Positions 62,010 through 64,000 of a DNA stretch of 64,000 nt are shown here, one piece after another. The notes below the pieces were generated by a model, which made no database searches, was not told where the DNA came from, and worked only from the letters and a program-made list of their open reading frames with translations. Numbering within the stretch: position 1 is the first letter of the stretch; every line of letters begins with the position of its first letter. Position numbers and translations under genes: made by a program. The stretch is taken from NCBI GenBank assembly GCA_028023455.1, contig JAQFVV010000001.1, positions 3,968,001-4,032,000 of the forward strand. Reading direction: 5' to 3'. The stretch is from Epiperipatus broadwayi (lineage: Eukaryota > Animalia > Onychophora).

Positions 62010-64000
62010 CATATGATGTTCTATGACTTCTCTTTTTCGGAATCAGAAATCTCTCATGCACTATGCCCAGAGACACCTGTTTACCACTTTCTTTTCCATT
62101 CCCTGCCCTAAGTTTTTCCCATATTCTTCTCTATCCTGCTCCATCCCATTTCCACAACATAATTTTTCTCAAGTTCGGGGCCTTTATATCAAAATCCTCT
62201 TTATCTTTTCCCAAGCCCAGCATAAAAACCAATAACCCACTTTGTGTATAATCACTTTGTTTATTTATTTTTCCACAACTTCTGCTTGAAAGCATTTACA
62301 TTCAATTAAAAGATGTCTAATATTTTCTATGTCTTCCTTACATAACTTGATGACTAAATCACTCACATTTTTCCATTTATGTGTATATTTCCTTGTTGCC
62401 AAAGATCCTGTTTGAGACTTAAACAGTAAACTATTTTCCTTGCTATTGTCATAAATTAACCCACACTCAATAGTCTGTTTACTTCTATATACATTTAAAC
62501 TCTTTTTACTCTCCATACTAGTTCTCCATCTCTCCAGCTCCCTATTTCTTTATTAATGCATCTATTCTTCTATCTCATTCTTTACAACTATTACACTCAA
62601 CAATTCTCCTAACACAATCATCCCACCTTTTGTATAAGTATAATGGCATAAATTCTTTATCCAAATCTTCTATATACTATACCACCTTTCTCACCCATCT
62701 TGTTGCCTGCACTTTATTCATAACCCAATTAAATACTATTTTGGCTATTCTCTTATTATCTATAAACTACAATCTACCAACATTTTTATTTAGCTTTTTG
62801 CATCTTTCATATAAAAACTTGATAATGCAATTTCTTGTTGAATTGCCTCTTTTGCCATCCACACATTTGCATCTAATGCATGTCTTTCTACTTCTCTTTG
62901 TACTTTTTCTAAGTAACTTAACACCCCTTTACTTGCACATAACACATTGTTACTATATGTTAACCCTGCTATTGCCAGTCCCAAACAATTCTTGCTATAT
63001 CATATTTATTATATGAAAACACTATTAATTTCTTTATCAGTCCTTTCTTTTCTTTGCTTCTTCTCCCATTCATCCAAACAATTTCTCTAATTACTTAAGA
63101 TGATTCCCAAATAGCATATTTAATTTTATATCCTCCAATAAAATTTGTTGTCTTCTCTTTTCCCAGTATTAATCATTATTACTTTTGATTTTTATTCACT
63201 AAATTTAATCCCTATTTCTTTATCCACCCTTGCACATGTCCTCAGCATAACTTCCCTTTTTTCCATGTGCAAGAAGACATTACCACAAATAAAAGACTTG
63301 ATAATGTAAACACTCCCTTACCACCTGTTAATGGTATCTCTACCCTTCTTCCTAGTTTTTCCATTTCCCCATTTTTCTCAAATACAACAAAAACAAATTA
63401 AGTGATGTAGGGCATTCTTGCCTTAGTCCCACCCCATTTTTAACTTTAACTGATTTTATACTCCCTAATTGATATGTGTATTAATATTTTCATACAATCA
63501 CTTAATCAAATTCACTAAAGCTCTATCCATTCCTAAGTTTACTAAACTTACTCATAATCTATTTCTACTTACTCTATCATATGCCTGCTCTACATCTACA
63601 AAAACTATGTATATCTGTCTACCTATATTTCTACTCATATCTATAAGTTTCATAACTACAATTAAACAATCTCCTATATGCCTATGCGATCAAAAATCTT
63701 CTTACATTGTCCCACTATATTATTTTCTTCCAGACATTTTGCAACTCTTTCAGCAACCATATGTGTAGAAAATTTATATAACACTTATGTTACATCTATC
63801 AGTCTATAATTATTTAACTTTCTATGATCCTTACCCTTTCCTTTAAATAGTAGCCTTACTCTTGTATTACTTCAACTATCTGGAAATCTCTCTTCTCTGT
63901 CATTTTATTAAAACATGATAATAGGTTTAATTTTGCACTATGTCCTAAATTCATTACCATCCCTGCTACCCATCCATATAAACCTCTTGCCTTTCCACTT
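62010..64000 (-). mobile_element. Decayed LINE ORF2 3' part from a different family (runs off the window)
   Basis: VFVDVEQAYDRV (~63570-63610), GVGLRQECP(T)S (~63410-63450), LEKVQREV.RHAL.AN..EAIQ.E, and C-terminal LCKEDIENIRHLLIEC. Confidence 0.85.

Overview
Very AT-rich, strongly CpG-depleted DNA from an animal genome, most likely an invertebrate (species cannot be determined from the window). No intact protein-coding gene, rRNA, tRNA or CRISPR array could be supported; only a few low-confidence plus-strand exon candidates and one CpG-retaining promoter-like patch were seen. The window is mostly decayed transposable elements: RTE and other LINEs, four copies of one L1/Tx1-like LINE family (three apparently head-to-tail), a Buster/Charlie hAT element with a broken transposase, a Tigger/pogo-type element containing a 395-bp palindrome, a Gypsy LTR-retrotransposon remnant, and at least six Penelope-like (PLE) insertions. 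The most interesting signal is a set of minimal type I hammerhead-ribozyme (HHR) folds in the PLE terminal repeats and in a non-coding ~450-bp repeat family. All have a palindrome in place of stem-loop III and an extra base after core position 9. The identity of the 3-8 core pair changes between families (C-G, U-A, A-U, U.G), so several would be missed by a CUGANGA search. All folds and alignments were done by eye and need computational and biochemical confirmation.
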